DNA of 63,845 nucleotides, the filler included, from Pelomyxa schiedti (lineage: Eukaryota > Protista > Evosea), in the NCBI GenBank assembly GCA_020536535.1. It is 10 parts of 10 records of this genome, joined end to end, with 100 filler letters (N's around TTAATTAATTAA, not from the genome) between each part and the next. Parts side by side here need not be neighbours in the genome. Positions count along the whole stretch, not along the records: positions 28,686 to 58,641 come from JAHLWZ010001007.1; 9 more parts are not named here. The stretch is one strand, 5' to 3'. Shown here piece after piece: positions 36,136 to 49,770 of the stretch. Positions within the stretch are counted from its first letter, which is position 1. Every line of letters starts with the position of its first letter. The notes under the pieces were generated by a model that did not search any database, was not told the DNA's origin, and worked only from the letters and a program-made list of their open reading frames with translations. The position numbers and the translations under genes were made by a program.

Positions 36136-37348
36136 ATGGCGGACGTTGTTTTAGTCAAGGGAACGCCGGTAGCGCAAGAGATAACCGAGTCCGTAAAAAG
36201 ACGAATAGAGGCAGTGTTGGCTGCAGATTCGGGTGCTAATGCTGCCACCGAAACTGCTTCGACAAGTACTCATGGGAGAAGACACCCTGGCCTGGCGACT
36301 GTGTGTTTTACTCACCCCCTTATTATTTGCCTTCTTCGGCATTATGGGTGAGGAGACAACTAGCCAGGTTCAACTGAGTCCTACATTGTTTTTATTTTGT
36401 GATTGTTGTGTTTGTGAAAGATAGATAGCTGTTGGGGATGAAGATGGAGCAAGGACTTATGTGGGAATGAAAACTAAGGCTTGTGCTTCATGTGGGATAG
36501 AAGCTTTCCCTGTATTGTTGCCAGAGGCTACAACTCAACAAGAATTGCTACAAGCAATTAACACGCTGAATTCCGACGAACGGGTGGACGGCATTTTGTT
36601 GCAACTGCCACTTCCTCGCCACTTGGATGAATTCGCGGCTGTGGAAGCAATATCCCCAAAGAAAGATGTGGACGGACTGACAACTACCTCTGCAGGATTG
36701 ATGGCTGTAGGTAGGTATGTCTTGGAAGAACTTGTGCAAAATCTCATTTGTGCCAAAACAAGGAAGGGAAGATGGATTTATCACATGCACTCCGGCAGGC
36801 ATTTTAGTACTACTTGAAAAAGGTGGATGCACCCTAAAGGGTGCCAATGCTGTGATTATCAACCGAAGCCCGTTACTTGGCAGGCCTCTGTCCATGCTCC
36901 TTCTTAACAAAGGTGCCACTGTTACTGTCTGTCATGAAGAGACTCCAGACTTGGGATTACATACACTTACAGCCGGTATTAGAGTAATAAGATGGAATCG
37001 TTCTAACCATCTCCCCAGATATAATAATTACTGCCGTATCCAAGCCAGGACTGATAACAGGTATCCATCCCCCACCTACAAACAACATCTCAACACAACA
37101 CATCCACCCAAATACCCGCAATCACCAATCATAACACAGGATCAATGGTGAAGGAAGGCGTGGTAGTAATTGACGGAGGATACAGCCGCGTCAATGGCAA
37201 AGTGTGTGGGGATGTTTCCATGGAACAAGTTCAGCCCAAGGCCCGGCGCTACACACCTGCCGTGGGCGGAGTTGGCCCATTGACCATTGCAATGCTCCTT
37301 CAAAACACACTCAAAGCCTGGGAAAGGAACCTGCCTCAGAACCACTGA
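36136..37348 (+). CDS. folD: Methylenetetrahydrofolate dehydrogenase/cyclohydrolase
   Basis: HPGLAT, YVGMKTKACASCGI, VDGILLQLPLP, KDVDG, CTPAG, YTPAVGGVGPLTIAML. Confidence 0.95.
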
Positions 37349-37477
37349 GAGTCTCAGGCTGATCCTTTGTCAACCCCAGTCATTTCCTGTACCTCCTCCT
37401 CTTTGTGCACAGAACTTTCGTTGGAAGAGAATTTAAGATGTGTGTCTGGTCTTTTGAGATGTGACATAAATTTAGAC

Positions 37478-37991
37478 ATGTCATCGTTATTGCGGACTTA
37501 CAAAGGTACAAAATTCAAAAAAAAGTAAAAGCGAGATCTCGTTGTGTCGCGTCGCCACATCGAAATGCAACCGTATTCATGTGCGTCTGGCCTGGTGTGT
37601 ACGCCCAGTATTGCGTTCTTTTGCCAATCTTGCGTTTTCCAGGAGGCTGTCACAGAGAGCGAAGCACCTTCAACAATCACTTCCGCAGATCTAAAGGGTA
37701 CGCGCCTCTCGCTATTGCTCGGCACTCACTTTTTCGTGCTTTGTACAGATTTCATCGTAAATGAGCTTGGGCCCTTCTGCGGAAAGCAAAGGTCGCACGT
37801 AACTCGCCTGATGTACGAGGTGATTGACGTGTGGGAAAAGACTCAAGCACTGGATCTCAGTCAGGATTCCGCGTGGAACGATCTGGATCACGTGATTGAG
37901 AGGTTCATGGAGTCTGGTATATTGCTCCATACACAGTTCTTTCTCCAATCCTAACAGCACAGTTAGACACGGCATCATTATCACTACCTTG
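37478..37991 (+). CDS. Small hypothetical spliced protein
   Basis: Protein-like ORF 37544-37954 with intron-like segments; no family recognised. Confidence 0.3.
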
Positions 37992-38079
37992 AAAAACAAT
38001 AGTGCTATGGTACTGGCTGAAAATGCTGTGTTGGATGTAAAAAAAAGAAAAGAAAAGATTTCATCACCCAGAGTGAGAT

Positions 38080-38535
38080 TTATGTTCGATAGCCCAATGT
38101 TACAAATATAAGTTGTTGCAAGAGTCTCCTCATAGCCTGGGCACATTGAGGCGTTGCAGACTTCTTCAGTGCGGCTTCTATTTGGTCTGCACTGATAGAT
38201 GGGGGGTCGTTTGCTCCAGCGAGGTTGAGAAGAGCATGGCACATGCACAGCATGTGAAATCCGCAATCGGTACCATTTTTCTGTAGTGGAGTAGTAACAG
38301 ACACAACAGACCTAGTTTCCTCACTATTTTATAAATGTAAGTTAAACATGAAATTTCAAACGAAAAATGTGTAAAATGCAAATCGGGCACTACATACAGC
38401 TTCAGGAGTGAAGAGAACTTCCTCGCAACACAACATGCGGCGCTGTAGTTCAGAGAGCCCATTGAGTCCATGTGGTAAAATGTCCGTGTGGCCTTGTCAA
38501 AAGCCAGCAGTGACCAGTGCGTTCTGCGAATGCGT

Positions 38536-38568
<33 letters not shown>

Positions 38569-39112
38569 CTTGGTTTAGGCAAGCAAGAAAAATTGGCCAC
38601 ACACATCACGAGGCACGCAGCATACAACGAAGACGAAGGAGACGAGACGGCAACGGGGCCGATGGTGAAGGAGAAGAAGAAGGAGAGCGCGAGGGCGGGA
38701 GACGCGGGGCGGGAGACAACCCTCCGACGCGCGACGAGTCCCTGTTGTTGTTTACGGGCAGAAGCAAGACGCCGGCGCCGCGCATCCGGTCCGCGGCCAC
38801 GCACTCGCTCACGTCGAAGTCGGCCGAGACCACGAGGAACACCACGCCGGGCTGCACGGCCACGCAGCCGCCGCCCCGCACGGAGCGGAGCGCCCCCTCG
38901 CCGAGGGCAACGGCGCCGCCCCCCGAGGCCGCGAGCAGGGCGGACGTGTCGGGGTCGCCGGCCGCCGCGCGCTCGAGGCACTCGAGGGCGAAGGACGCCG
39001 CGTTGTCGTTGAGCCACTGGCCATCCATTGTCGAGTGAACATCCGCAACCCTCATGGTCACGTCACCAAAAGTCCCTACGATGTCGTCCTCCCGTGTGGG
39101 GTTGGTGGCCAT
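38080..39112 (-). CDS. SENP8: NEDD8-specific protease (Ulp1/C48 family, SENP8/NEDP1-like)
   Basis: WLNDN, LPVNNN, THWSLL, HMDS and QKNGTDCG, giving a His-Asp-Cys triad. Confidence 0.88.
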
Positions 39113-39797
39113 TGTTTCGTAGTTATTTACACACCCAATCACTGGAGCGCTTTTTCACTCTACTTTCCGGAACCCAAACAGTTGTTGCACAGAGGGTTGT
39201 TGATGATATCCTTCAGAATGGAAACTATCTGAGTCTCCGTCTCCATCGTGTGTTCATCAACTTCAGCACCCTTGTCCAATGCTGCTGAACAGCTGTTTTT
39301 TTTGGTTTTGGTGGATCCTTCCTGGCACACAAAAACTCCAGTACTCCTTTCACCTGATTTGGCCATTCTTTCACTCTATCACATAGAACACAAAAAAAAT
39401 ACGGATCACACACAAGGAGGTGAATGAATTGAAGCTGGTCATCGCGGGGATATTGCCGATTGTTTCCTTCGTCCTCCGTTAGCCCAAGCTTGCCATTCGA
39501 CGCGGAATCCATGTTTTTCGTTTTCCTGTACCTCGCGGGTTCTCTCCGACGGTTCAAAGATGGGTTTCACAAAGGTTCTGTAGGCCTCGGCATTTATGCC
39601 AGAAATAAAAAAAAAAAAAAAAAAGGGAGCAGCCGAAGCTGGAATTCACGGGGACATTGGCGATTGTTTCCTTCGTCATCCATGAGCCCCAGCTTTTTCT
39701 TTTCTCTCTAAATTATTTTGCACCCTTAGCTTCATTCAATGAGAATCCCTGGTTTTCTGTTTCCTGTACCCTGCGGAATTCCTCCGAACGATCAATT

Positions 39798-41060
39798 ATG
39801 GGTGGGGGCGGCAACAGTGAACGGGCACGGGGACGGGCCCGATCAGGAGCAGCAGAAGCAGGAGGGCGACTATCACGTTCCAGATCGAGACGGGGGCGAC
39901 GAGGCCCAGGGGGGCGCACGGGGCTGCGCACGGGGCTGGGCCCAGGCCTCGCCGCCGACGAGGAGTTTGATGAGAGGAAGAAACCGCTCACTAGTGACGG
40001 CGATCAACTGGAAGTAGTTGATGATTGCTTCGTCAGCCGGGTGTCCAGTACAAGAGGATCCGCGCTGGCGGAGCTGCACCACCTGGGTTTTGACCCGAAG
40101 AAACTGGTCGCTGTGATGCCTCTTGGGGACCTCAAGAGGCTCAAGAAACTGGTTCGGCACAACGACGACCACAACAATGGCGGCAAGGGCCGGAGACGGT
40201 CTGTGGGACTGGGTGTGGCTGGTGCCCCAGCCGCGGCGCCGCGGGCGCCACCACTGCGGCCACGCAGCCTCGCCCGCGGCGATGTCCCCAAAGCAAGCGG
40301 CGGCGCTGTTCCCGCTCCGCAGGGCGGCGTGCAGGGCACTGGTGGCGCACTGCCTCAAGTGGCACATGGCGCTGCGGGCCGCGGCGGAGGCTGGCAGCGC
40401 ATCGTGCGTTGCCTGGCTGCTGACGACCAGGAGGAGCAGGAGGTTCGAAATCAGGGACCCGTTGTGGAATATCTTATCTTGGCACGGGAGGCAGGAGGCG
40501 CCAAGGCACCGCATCTCCTTTCCAGTGTGTGCAAAGGAATGCCTTCTTTCGGCAGAGGATCAGCGGGACTAGTGGCTCCTTGGTCACTTGGATCTCCACG
40601 GTCACTCCCCAGCAGATAACGCAGCTTGTTGTGGACAGCGAGGAAGACAATATGGAAAATTTCAAGTCGTTGCGAGCTGCAGTCCTCCTGATTGAGAAGT
40701 TCCAAGCGATGATCCCCGAAGAAAACAAGATGGAGCTCCTCTGCCCTGAAGCATTGACAGCGATCCTGAGCAAGTACACAGCTGACTACATAAGAATTCT
40801 AGAATCCTTATGAAACGATGTCAGTTGGATAAGAGTGCTGCGCAGAGTGGCTCATCAATAAGTTCCACATCAGCTTTTATGAGCTGCCTCTTACGTCAGT
40901 CTGGAAGGGGGGCCTGGCACAATGAAGATTTTGGTGGAGGTGTTCCCAGGCATCACAGCCACCAACATCAAGGAGAAGCTCCTTGCCCTGGTAGTCGCCA
41001 ATCACTGCACAGTTCACACTGAGGAACTTCCCTGAAGTGACACTAGAGGACATTGCTTGA
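39798..41060 (+). pseudogene. Frameshifted helical/ankyrin-like repeat family sequence
   Basis: Protein-like segments (ALRAAAEAGSASCVAWLL; NFKSLRAAVLLIEKF) are spread over several frames without clear introns. Confidence 0.4.
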
Positions 41061-41635
41061 TTGTGCTCCACTTCTGAGTTGGCTCACCCTCACGGTGCTT
41101 AAAAAAAAGATGATAACAGTTCATCTGAATCCAGAAATCATCAAAGAACTCATTTTCCGCTTTCTTTTCTTGGTATTTTGACAGGTGAGATGGAATACAT
41201 CTCCTGGCGGAATAAAAAAAACACCAGACCGCGAAGATAACGAAAATTACAGCGTTCCGGTCCGTTGAGTATTTTATTCAGCCTCCTACTGACCAATTCT
41301 CGGCACGGTTACAGAGTCCCAATTAAAAATAAAAAACAGATTCAGTGAGACTAGTCAATCTACACCATCATTAAGACTGGGGCGACAACGTATCATCATA
41401 AAAGGATCATTTGATTGTTGTTTAGCCAGGGAAATTTCCTATTTCCTCCCGGCACCGAGTCTCTTTTACTTGTGGGATTCGGACAAAAAAGATACAGATA
41501 TCCTAGGGTTCCCCCAGTGCCCCTTCCCTCGTTCGTGCAGTGCCACTTGAGCTCAATTCCTCGGAACCGGACCCCTCTCGACCTGAATGCAGAACTGGAG
41601 TGTACAGCCAACTTTCTTTTCTTTCTTCATCAATC

Positions 41636-42258
41636 ATGACCTCCGCACCAATTACCACGAGCGCGAGTACGTTGAGTACGTCCAAGCCCACAGCGCCAGC
41701 AGATCCACACGAGCAAGGTTTGTTGTTGTTTTCAAGTACCCCCGCCTTGTAATGTGTTGTTGTGGTTGATGTGGTTGGGCATTTTGGGGAGGCATGGCAT
41801 GGCCCATAATGCATTTATGGATCAGTTCTGTTGCGTTTGGAGTCTACACCCGGCACCCCTGGCCTGAAGAAAAAGGAATTTAAGCTGAGGACCAATGCGC
41901 CAATTAGCACGGTAACAGATTGGCTGCGGAAGCAACTGCAAGTGCCCCCTGAGTCTCCAGTGGTATGTATTTCCATTTATTATTTATGTGTTTTGGAAAT
42001 GAAACAACTCTCCTTTGAGGGGTTGGATATTTCTGTGTGTAACTATAATAACAAAATCTTACTCTAGTTCTAACTTGTTTGGCAGTATATCTTTTTGAAT
42101 TCTGCCTTCCAGCCCTGCGCTGATGAGCTTGTAGGTGATTTGTTCAAGGTACTCCTACAACCCGTTCACTTTAAAAGCACTTCCTAAACCGAAAATAGTG
42201 TTTCCAGCTGAATGGCAAACTCATTGTTCACTATGGAATTAAGGAGGTGTGGGGCTAA
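41636..42258 (+). CDS. ATG12: Autophagy ubiquitin-like protein ATG12
   Basis: LKKKEFK...WLRKQLQ...YIFLNSAFQP...VGDLFKCF...LIVHYGIKEVWG* with a C-terminal Gly; 3 introns. Confidence 0.92.
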
Positions 42259-42446
42259 TGGTATTGAGTTTTGTGCACTGTACAGTACCTAATAAATACC
42301 CTCCCGATTGTACTTTTTCACCAAAAAAAATTGCAGTCAAGAGGTTGTTGCCTCGTATAAACCTCCGTAACGGACGTGAAGGCAAATCCTTTATTACACT
42401 ATTGTACAGAGCGAGGGAAAATAATTCTATGTCTTGTGACTGGCAC

Positions 42447-45400
42447 TATCACAAGTGGCTGGGGTGTTGTACTGTGAAACTCTTTCCAAGAGAAGACAAG
42501 CGGGTGGGTAGGCGCATGCCAAGAAGCCCAGCTGGGACTGTCCCCAGTGTAGTGGAGGACTGCCTCTGGCTGGGAAGAACTGCATAGATGTGTGATGTGA
42601 CAGTGATTAGATACAGGAACGAGTGAAATGGGTTGTGGACAAACTTTGTAGGTTGAGGGACTTCAGGGCGGGATTCTGCTGGATGGCGATAATTAGTGCT
42701 TGGGTTCCAGTGTTTCCGATGTTATTTTCTAGGTGAGAACACCGTGTTTTACGGGTTTTTAACGAACGAGAGAGAGAAAGTACAAACTTGATAGATTGAG
42801 GTAAATGCATGGTGATGATGGCTGATCTGCAGTTAAAATCGGTGCTTTGAAAATGTTAGGCAGGTAAATGGAGGGAACATACAAAATACTGTGGTTGGCA
42901 CAGTTCTTTGAAGTTCTCTGGCGATTGCTTCCGCTGAATTTTCATACTCGTTATCTGTATGTTGTTGATACAGATTTCTTACAAAGCGAACTACATGCTA
43001 CGGTAACATCTAGTATTTGTTGCGACTTGATCAGTTCGGCAAGTGCTTGTGCTCCAGCATCATTAATACCATTCTCTGCGTTTTTAGATTATTATGATGT
43101 ATATAGTCAAAAGAAAGAAGTATGTGAACCAGAACAGTCGAGATGGAAAGCTTTGTCAACAAAACAGGGTTCTTTGCCAACTTTTTCTTCAAAGAAATTA
43201 AAAACAGAAAAATTAATAATTATAACCAAAATACCAAAAACATTAATTCTAGGGATCACAGATTTTGCCAATTGGGTAATGATGTCTGGGCTACCAATTG
43301 GATTACCTGCAGAAACTCAGAAAGGAATTTTTTTTTGATGAAGTTGTTACCAGAAAGGATAATTTTTATACAAGGTATAATTTGCAGAGCTTGGAGGAGA
43401 TACCGTAGTCCATCAGATTCGATGTTATTGGCTGAGGGCAATGAGTGAGATTTTTGGAAAAAGAGTAACCTCTGAGATCTATGTTTGACAAGGTAGTGTT
43501 CTCTTTAAGGTATTTGGATAGAGCTTGGGCACCAAAAGGACCGATGCTATTTTCTGTACGCTATTATTTACTGCCTCAAATTATTTCCCACTCCATACGT
43601 TTCAAGTCAAGGATTCGCAGTGACGAGTTATGTGATAGTGCGTGCCCAACTGCAGTGGCACCAAGGTCCCCAATGTTATTTACTAAACAAAGTAACATAT
43701 CGATTACATGTTATCGTTATTTTTTACCTCCTAAATGAAGTTCTCTGATAACGTTGTTGACTGCAAGTGTCTCAGCAATAAATGAACAGGCTGAACCTTG
43801 AAGAGTCCCTTGAAAAAAATTATTGGTTTTTAGGTGGCTAACTTCGAACCTTCCATTTTCAAAACAACTACTCCCAAATTCGATTTCAAGGCTTCAGCAA
43901 TAACTTTCCCTCCAGGTTCCAAGATTTTGTTATCTGCAGATGTGTAAATACTTAATAGCAACAGTACATAGGATAAAAAAGTACAAGAAATATCTATCTC
44001 GGTGATTGTGGAATTCTGTACAAGTACTTCAGCAATCGACTGTGCCCCTTCAGCACTAAATAAATTCTCTGGAGTCCTGTTAGTTCTGAGAAAATCAAAA
44101 AGCCAACCTCTTAAGTTGAGATTTCTAATAGACACGTTTTTTCGCAATGCTTTAGCAATTGGTTTTGTACCTTCATCTCCAATTTTATTCACTACCAAGG
44201 AGTAAATATTTCATTCTCAATTGGAAACTACCAGAAAGGTTAAGATCTGTTATAGAGGAAGTCCTTTTAAGTGCTTTTGCAATGGTGAAGGCACCAGAAT
44301 CACCCAAATATCCTACTATACTTATAATATAAGCTGGCTGTAGATTCTTGGATACTTACATTCATTGACAACAAGGCTCATCAAGGCATTGAAGGCTGTT
44401 TGCTGAAATTGAGTCGAATTGGGGTATGTTTTAGTTGAGGAGAGCAGATATTCCACAGCGCCGTTTTGTAAAAGATACAGTCGGTTCGCTACCATGCTTA
44501 AGAGTCATGGATTTTAAGACTAACCAACATTTCTCTTTTCCAATGACCCCAAGTGCCGAGGCTGCACTTTCGCACGCTTCAAGTGACAAATTGATATGTT
44601 CTTTAAGTGTTAAAAGCACTGCTGAAACTCCACCAATTTCTCCGATGAATCTCTTGTCTATTAAGATTGGAGTGAATAGGAAAAACGGTTGAGGTACTCT
44701 GATATGACTGTGCTGCTTTTGTTAGTGCTTTGCAGGCCGAAATTGCAACTGGCTCAAGGTGAAAAAAAGACTGCAATTTTTCAATTATTGCTCTTAAGGA
44801 GTCCTGTGTTCCAATTTCATTTTCAAAGTTGCATTTCACACCTAACAGACATTAAAGAGCCGATACATGGAAAGGGGTACCTTCGACTACACCCTTTAGG
44901 ATTGAAGGGCAGTGTTGCATTTCCATCTCAACCACAATGAAGCCCGCGGTGAGTACGCTCACTATATGAAATTCAACCCATGGTTCTAGTAGTATCTCTG
45001 AGGAAGACTAAGTAATGAAACAAGGGGGAAAAAAAACCTTGGTTCCCTGGAGAAAATGAGAAAGGTTGAATATTGTAGCCCCAACAATTGCGAATAACAA
45101 ATAAGGTACCAGAGGTTTCGCTCAGCAGTTGTTTGGTGCTGCTAATGTCTGTCGTGGTTGATGTGAAACAGTGCCATGTGAGAGTTTGGCCCACAGATAT
45201 CTCGGAAGTGGGGAGCCGCCTGGTTACTCCTCTATACAAGACACAATTGTGCCCAACTCTGGGTAACTTTCGAAGGGCTAATAGGAGAAGATAAAGAAGT
45301 CCACGAACACTTCTAATCTTTTCCTTATTTCGTTCCTGAAGGCATTGATTTAATAGAGTCGATGGATTCTTGGAGACCAATTCAGGAGAAGCTGGCGCGA

Positions 45401-48400
45401 GTCAGGGTTTAATGAGAAATAAGAACATACAGAATTCATATGTATATACAATCAATCCAAGGGCATCCTCAAGTGAGAGGAAACAACTTTCTTGGAAGTG
45501 TTTTGGAAGGATATTCTTGAGAAACTGAGTACAGGATTGAAGTACAAGCTCAATCTGCGGAATTCCCGCCTCTGTCAGAGCTTCCAGCAGAGTGGGCTTG
45601 GTGTAAATCGGTTCAAATAGCCTACATGATATAAACAGACCAGAAAAGGTGATAATCCACAATACGTGGAAAATTCACAGGCCGTATTGAGTTTCTGGCT
45701 ATTTTCTTCTAATAATTCACTTGGAGTGCTATTATTAGGCACTGTACTATCAATAGGGGGCTTGTCATCCAAATTTCTGCACTGCATTAACATACAATAG
45801 AAGGGGAAAAAAAGAACGTGGGAGTGCTATCACTAAAGTCAAGAGTAAGCCGACTTGGCATACTTTCGAAGGATTCATTCCTGGAAGGAGTGAACCTGAG
45901 GTTGGTTTAGTGAGAAATATATCCCTCTCAAGTGCCATACTGAGTTTGTGATACATCATTGGACAAATCGTCAGTGAACCGGGATGATGTAAAGGTGGTT
46001 CCATCTACAGAAACAGGTCCATTTATTGTCGTATGTGTTGCCGTTTGTTCCAGTAATGGAGCTTCATCGCCTGTGATCTGTTCCGCAAGTGTATCATGTT
46101 CCTTGGTTGGTATAGGCTCCACATCCAAAGAGAGCAACCCATTTGTTGTAACTTTATATTGATCAATTCCAGAATAGTGATATCTTCCTACCATCAAGAA
46201 TTACTGTCGAGTAAGGGTGGGATTGGAGTGCGGTGAAAATAGATTCTCGACCAGCAGATCCAATCAGGTTACCTGGTAATTGGTAGGTTTACTCATGGAA
46301 AAAGTACAGCACACAAGATAAATTCATTTTAACACCTCCCTTCCTTCCAAGTACTGCTGCAATTTCCTTGGCAGCGGAGTCACCAATCTTATTACCTATG
46401 GATATGAGAGGTGGCAGGAATACTCATATTAAGCTACCAGACAGGTTCACATCATGGAGTGTACCATTACACTGTAACATTTCGGTGAAAGAACAAGCAA
46501 CATCATCAATTTCATTGACTAAAGCGGTGGGTTGAAAAAGAAAAAAAGGAAATATACCAGAAAGGTCTAGTTCTGTGAGACTTGTGTTTAGTTTAAGGGC
46601 TTCAAAAATTTCCTGTGCCCCTTTTGACCCAATATGATTTGCTTTTTCCCATTTGGTTAAAGGATAATGGTGCATATACATTGTGGTACCTTGGAGGCTT
46701 AGGCTTGTAAGTGATTGGCTAGTTTTCAAGGAATTGGAGAGTACAGAAGCACCTGCATCTTGTATTTTATTTCCTAGGTTTTTTTTATTTTTTTTTTTAG
46801 AAATAAGAGGGGAAGTGAATAAAATAGTGTGGAAAACCAGAGAGATTAAGGTGAACAACTTTGCACAATATTTCCGCAATTGCTGGTGCGCCTTCAGGTC
46901 CCATACCGTTTCCTAGAGGAAAAACAAATCACAATTAAACACTGCACTTTATCAAGGGTACTTTACCAGAGAGATTAACTGTTTTCAGACGACTTTTATT
47001 GTGAAAAGCACAAGCAATTGAGAAAGCACATTCATCACCAATCAGTTCGCTTTGCTTTTTATTATCTGTATGCCCTAAATTTTTTGTACATCATTGCATT
47101 CCCATACACATAAAATTTAGTTCTTGAATAACTGTATTAAGACTGAGAGCTTGTTCGATATAAAACATAATCATTCCATCACAGAAAATTCCTTGAGAGT
47201 GTAAGTAACGGAAGAAGATGTTGACCTAACCATTCAATGCTACTTTGGTTATAGAGTGATGCAATTTCAATGCATCAAAGAGAACTCTAGCTGCACTGTC
47301 ACTCAGTTTAATATCTTTTTGGTGAACATTGAGAAAAAGTATTTAAAGGTCGAAACAACTTTCAAGATTAAACTCGGTAATTGCAGAGTTTAGCTTAAGT
47401 GATTCCGAAATAGTAACTGCATCCGAGTCAGATATCTCCCCATCTTATGAACAATGAATCTCATTGGGAATACTTCTCATTACCTTCTCTTACTGCCATA
47501 GTTATAAGGGTGTTGAATGCAGTTTGTTGAAGAAGAGGTTGGCTCATGTGTTTTTTCATTGCTTCAAATACAATTTCTGAACCATGGCGTCGGGAAATTT
47601 GGGTCCGATTCTCTACTCCCACCAGTTAAATGTGATTTTGGGACCAAAGTTTTAACCTTTAGTCTTAGCAAGTATACCCAGCACTATACATACATACTCA
47701 CAAACTTGTGGTAATTCATTGTGCTCCTTGAGTGTAGAAACAACCACATCTGTCCCACCATGCGCACTTATTATCCTCCTATCTTCCCCAAAATATTAGA
47801 GATGAGGCATAAACATTTTCAAATAACTTGTATCTGATTGGGCAATCTTGGCCAATGCATCCAAGGCAGATAAGGCTACACTTTCAAAATGGGAGAAAAA
47901 CTTCAGCTTCGTGATTACTGATGTGATAGATTCAGGATCTTGTCTTGAGATTTCGGATTGAAATTTGTACTGGAAGTCTAGTTCAGTTAGTGGTAAAGAG
48001 AGAACAGTTGAACTATGCCTCCAATTATGTTGTGAAGAAGCATTGGGCAGGTACACATTTCAAGTTCAATTATGATAAAATAAGAATCCAGAACACTGGC
48101 AACCTGGAATTCAATCCCGGGTTCCAATAAGATCTCTTTACAAATGATAAATACAGCTAAATTAGAGACAGCAATTAACCTCTTTCACCCGGCAGGTAGG
48201 AAAAGGGTTGGACATCATAACCCCAACAGTTTCGAAGAACAAAGAGGGTACCAAAACCAGTTGAGGGAGAACATATAAATTGCTTTGTAGTTCCCATATC
48301 AGTGGTAGTTGATGTAAATCCATGCCATATGAGGGTCTTCCCAACAGGATAATCACACAAGTTGACCTGCTTTGTAATTCCTCTGTAAAGCACAACATCC

Positions 48401-49457
48401 TTGCCACCAACACGTGGTAACTTCCGAAGAGCTGCCAGGAGAGAGTGAAGAAGACCCATTATTGGCTTCAATTTTGACACTGTTTTGTCTTGAAGGCTTT
48501 GGTTGATAATTCTGTAGGGGTTTTGATTACCCATGCTAGATCCTTGGGCTATTTAGATGACAAAAATAGATTCTAAATACCAAAGTCATAGGTATACAAG
48601 GTAATGGCAGTGGCGTCATCAGGAGACAAGAAGAAGCAGTTGTTCCAAGTAGTTTTGGAAATTCTTGGTAATACAGATTGACATGCTGCAATAACATCCT
48701 CAGCCATAGGCACACCGGCACAACATGTTGCTTCCAACAGTGTCGGTTTACTCCAATCGTTAGGATATAACCTTTAATTGGTGTTGCTATAGTGCTTTCG
48801 AAGATGGTTAAAACCTCTCTATCTCACTAATATGTTTAAGTGTAGGCTCTTCTGACAGTTCAGCCCTGTGATCGTGTGATTATACAGGGATTGTGCAAAA
48901 AAAAAAAAAAGAGACATACTTTGTGGATTCTATTTTCTCTATTCCAATTGCACTTAGTGGAGCCCAAGTGGCATGCACATTTACTACCATGGAACTCTAC
49001 TTGGGTTAGAAGGAATGGAATGAGGAAAGCTACCTGAGAAAGTGGAAAATGTTCTTTGAAATCACCAGGAAGCGGATTAGTAAACTCAATTCTCACAGTC
49101 CCAGCATGTGCTCCAAGTTGATCCTCCATGAATTAAATTAACCTAACAAACAAATTGCACCTTACCCTGACATCCAGCACAACACAAGAAGGAGCCATTG
49201 TCAAATGAAACTCTAGTGTATTATTCTGCCAATTTTGTTTTTTTTCCCCGAAGGTAAATAACCACAGGTATACAAGCAATTCTAAACATACCCCTCCAGT
49301 AATGATTTTTGGTGGCACTTCAGTACCAACTCCCACAATCACAGAAAAACCTTCACAACAGTTAGAGCCTCGGCGGGGTTCAAAATCAAAAGGGACCTTC
49401 GACGGCAGCGCCCCCAGCAGCTTCCCCAACACCAACTTGGATGTGCAGTGTCCCCAT
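42447..49457 (-). CDS. Large multi-exon protein: N-terminal domain followed by two [mono-ADP-ribosyltransferase / helical ARM-like / RI-type LRR] modules
   Basis: Two R-S-E ART domains (LYRG...FTSTT...EILLEP) at ~48100-48750 and ~44950-45620, each followed by NxIGxxGAxxIAxAL leucine-rich repeats. The linker can be spliced in frame with GT-AG introns. Gene ends are approximate. Confidence 0.8.
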
Positions 49458-49770
49458 TGACTCTACGTGGCCGACGCAACGCCAGGATAACGTTGAATAT
49501 TAAGCGAATTTCGAAAAATCGCTTATAAAAGCAGGGAAATGACTGATGGCTTTGAAAACAGTTCATTCATCATCGAGGATTTCAAGGAACCATTCTCTGT
49601 CAAGTTGGTAAGAAACAGAAGATCAACATTATGCTCAGGAAACCCAGGGAGTACTGGTCCGGGAATTTGGTGGTACCCGTACAAAAGGCTGATCAACAGA
49701 AATCATGCAATAACAAACAATAAAACACGAATATTGTTTGTTCATTTGGATGAATTAGCACTTGGGTCCC

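Noticed and set aside
37544-37954. Adaptor-complex sigma/longin-like assignment
   Set aside because: The resemblance is superficial and partly falls in a probable intron.
38536-38568. Poly-G giving poly-Pro/Gly ORFs
   Set aside because: It lies within a SENP8 intron, and its length is unreliable.
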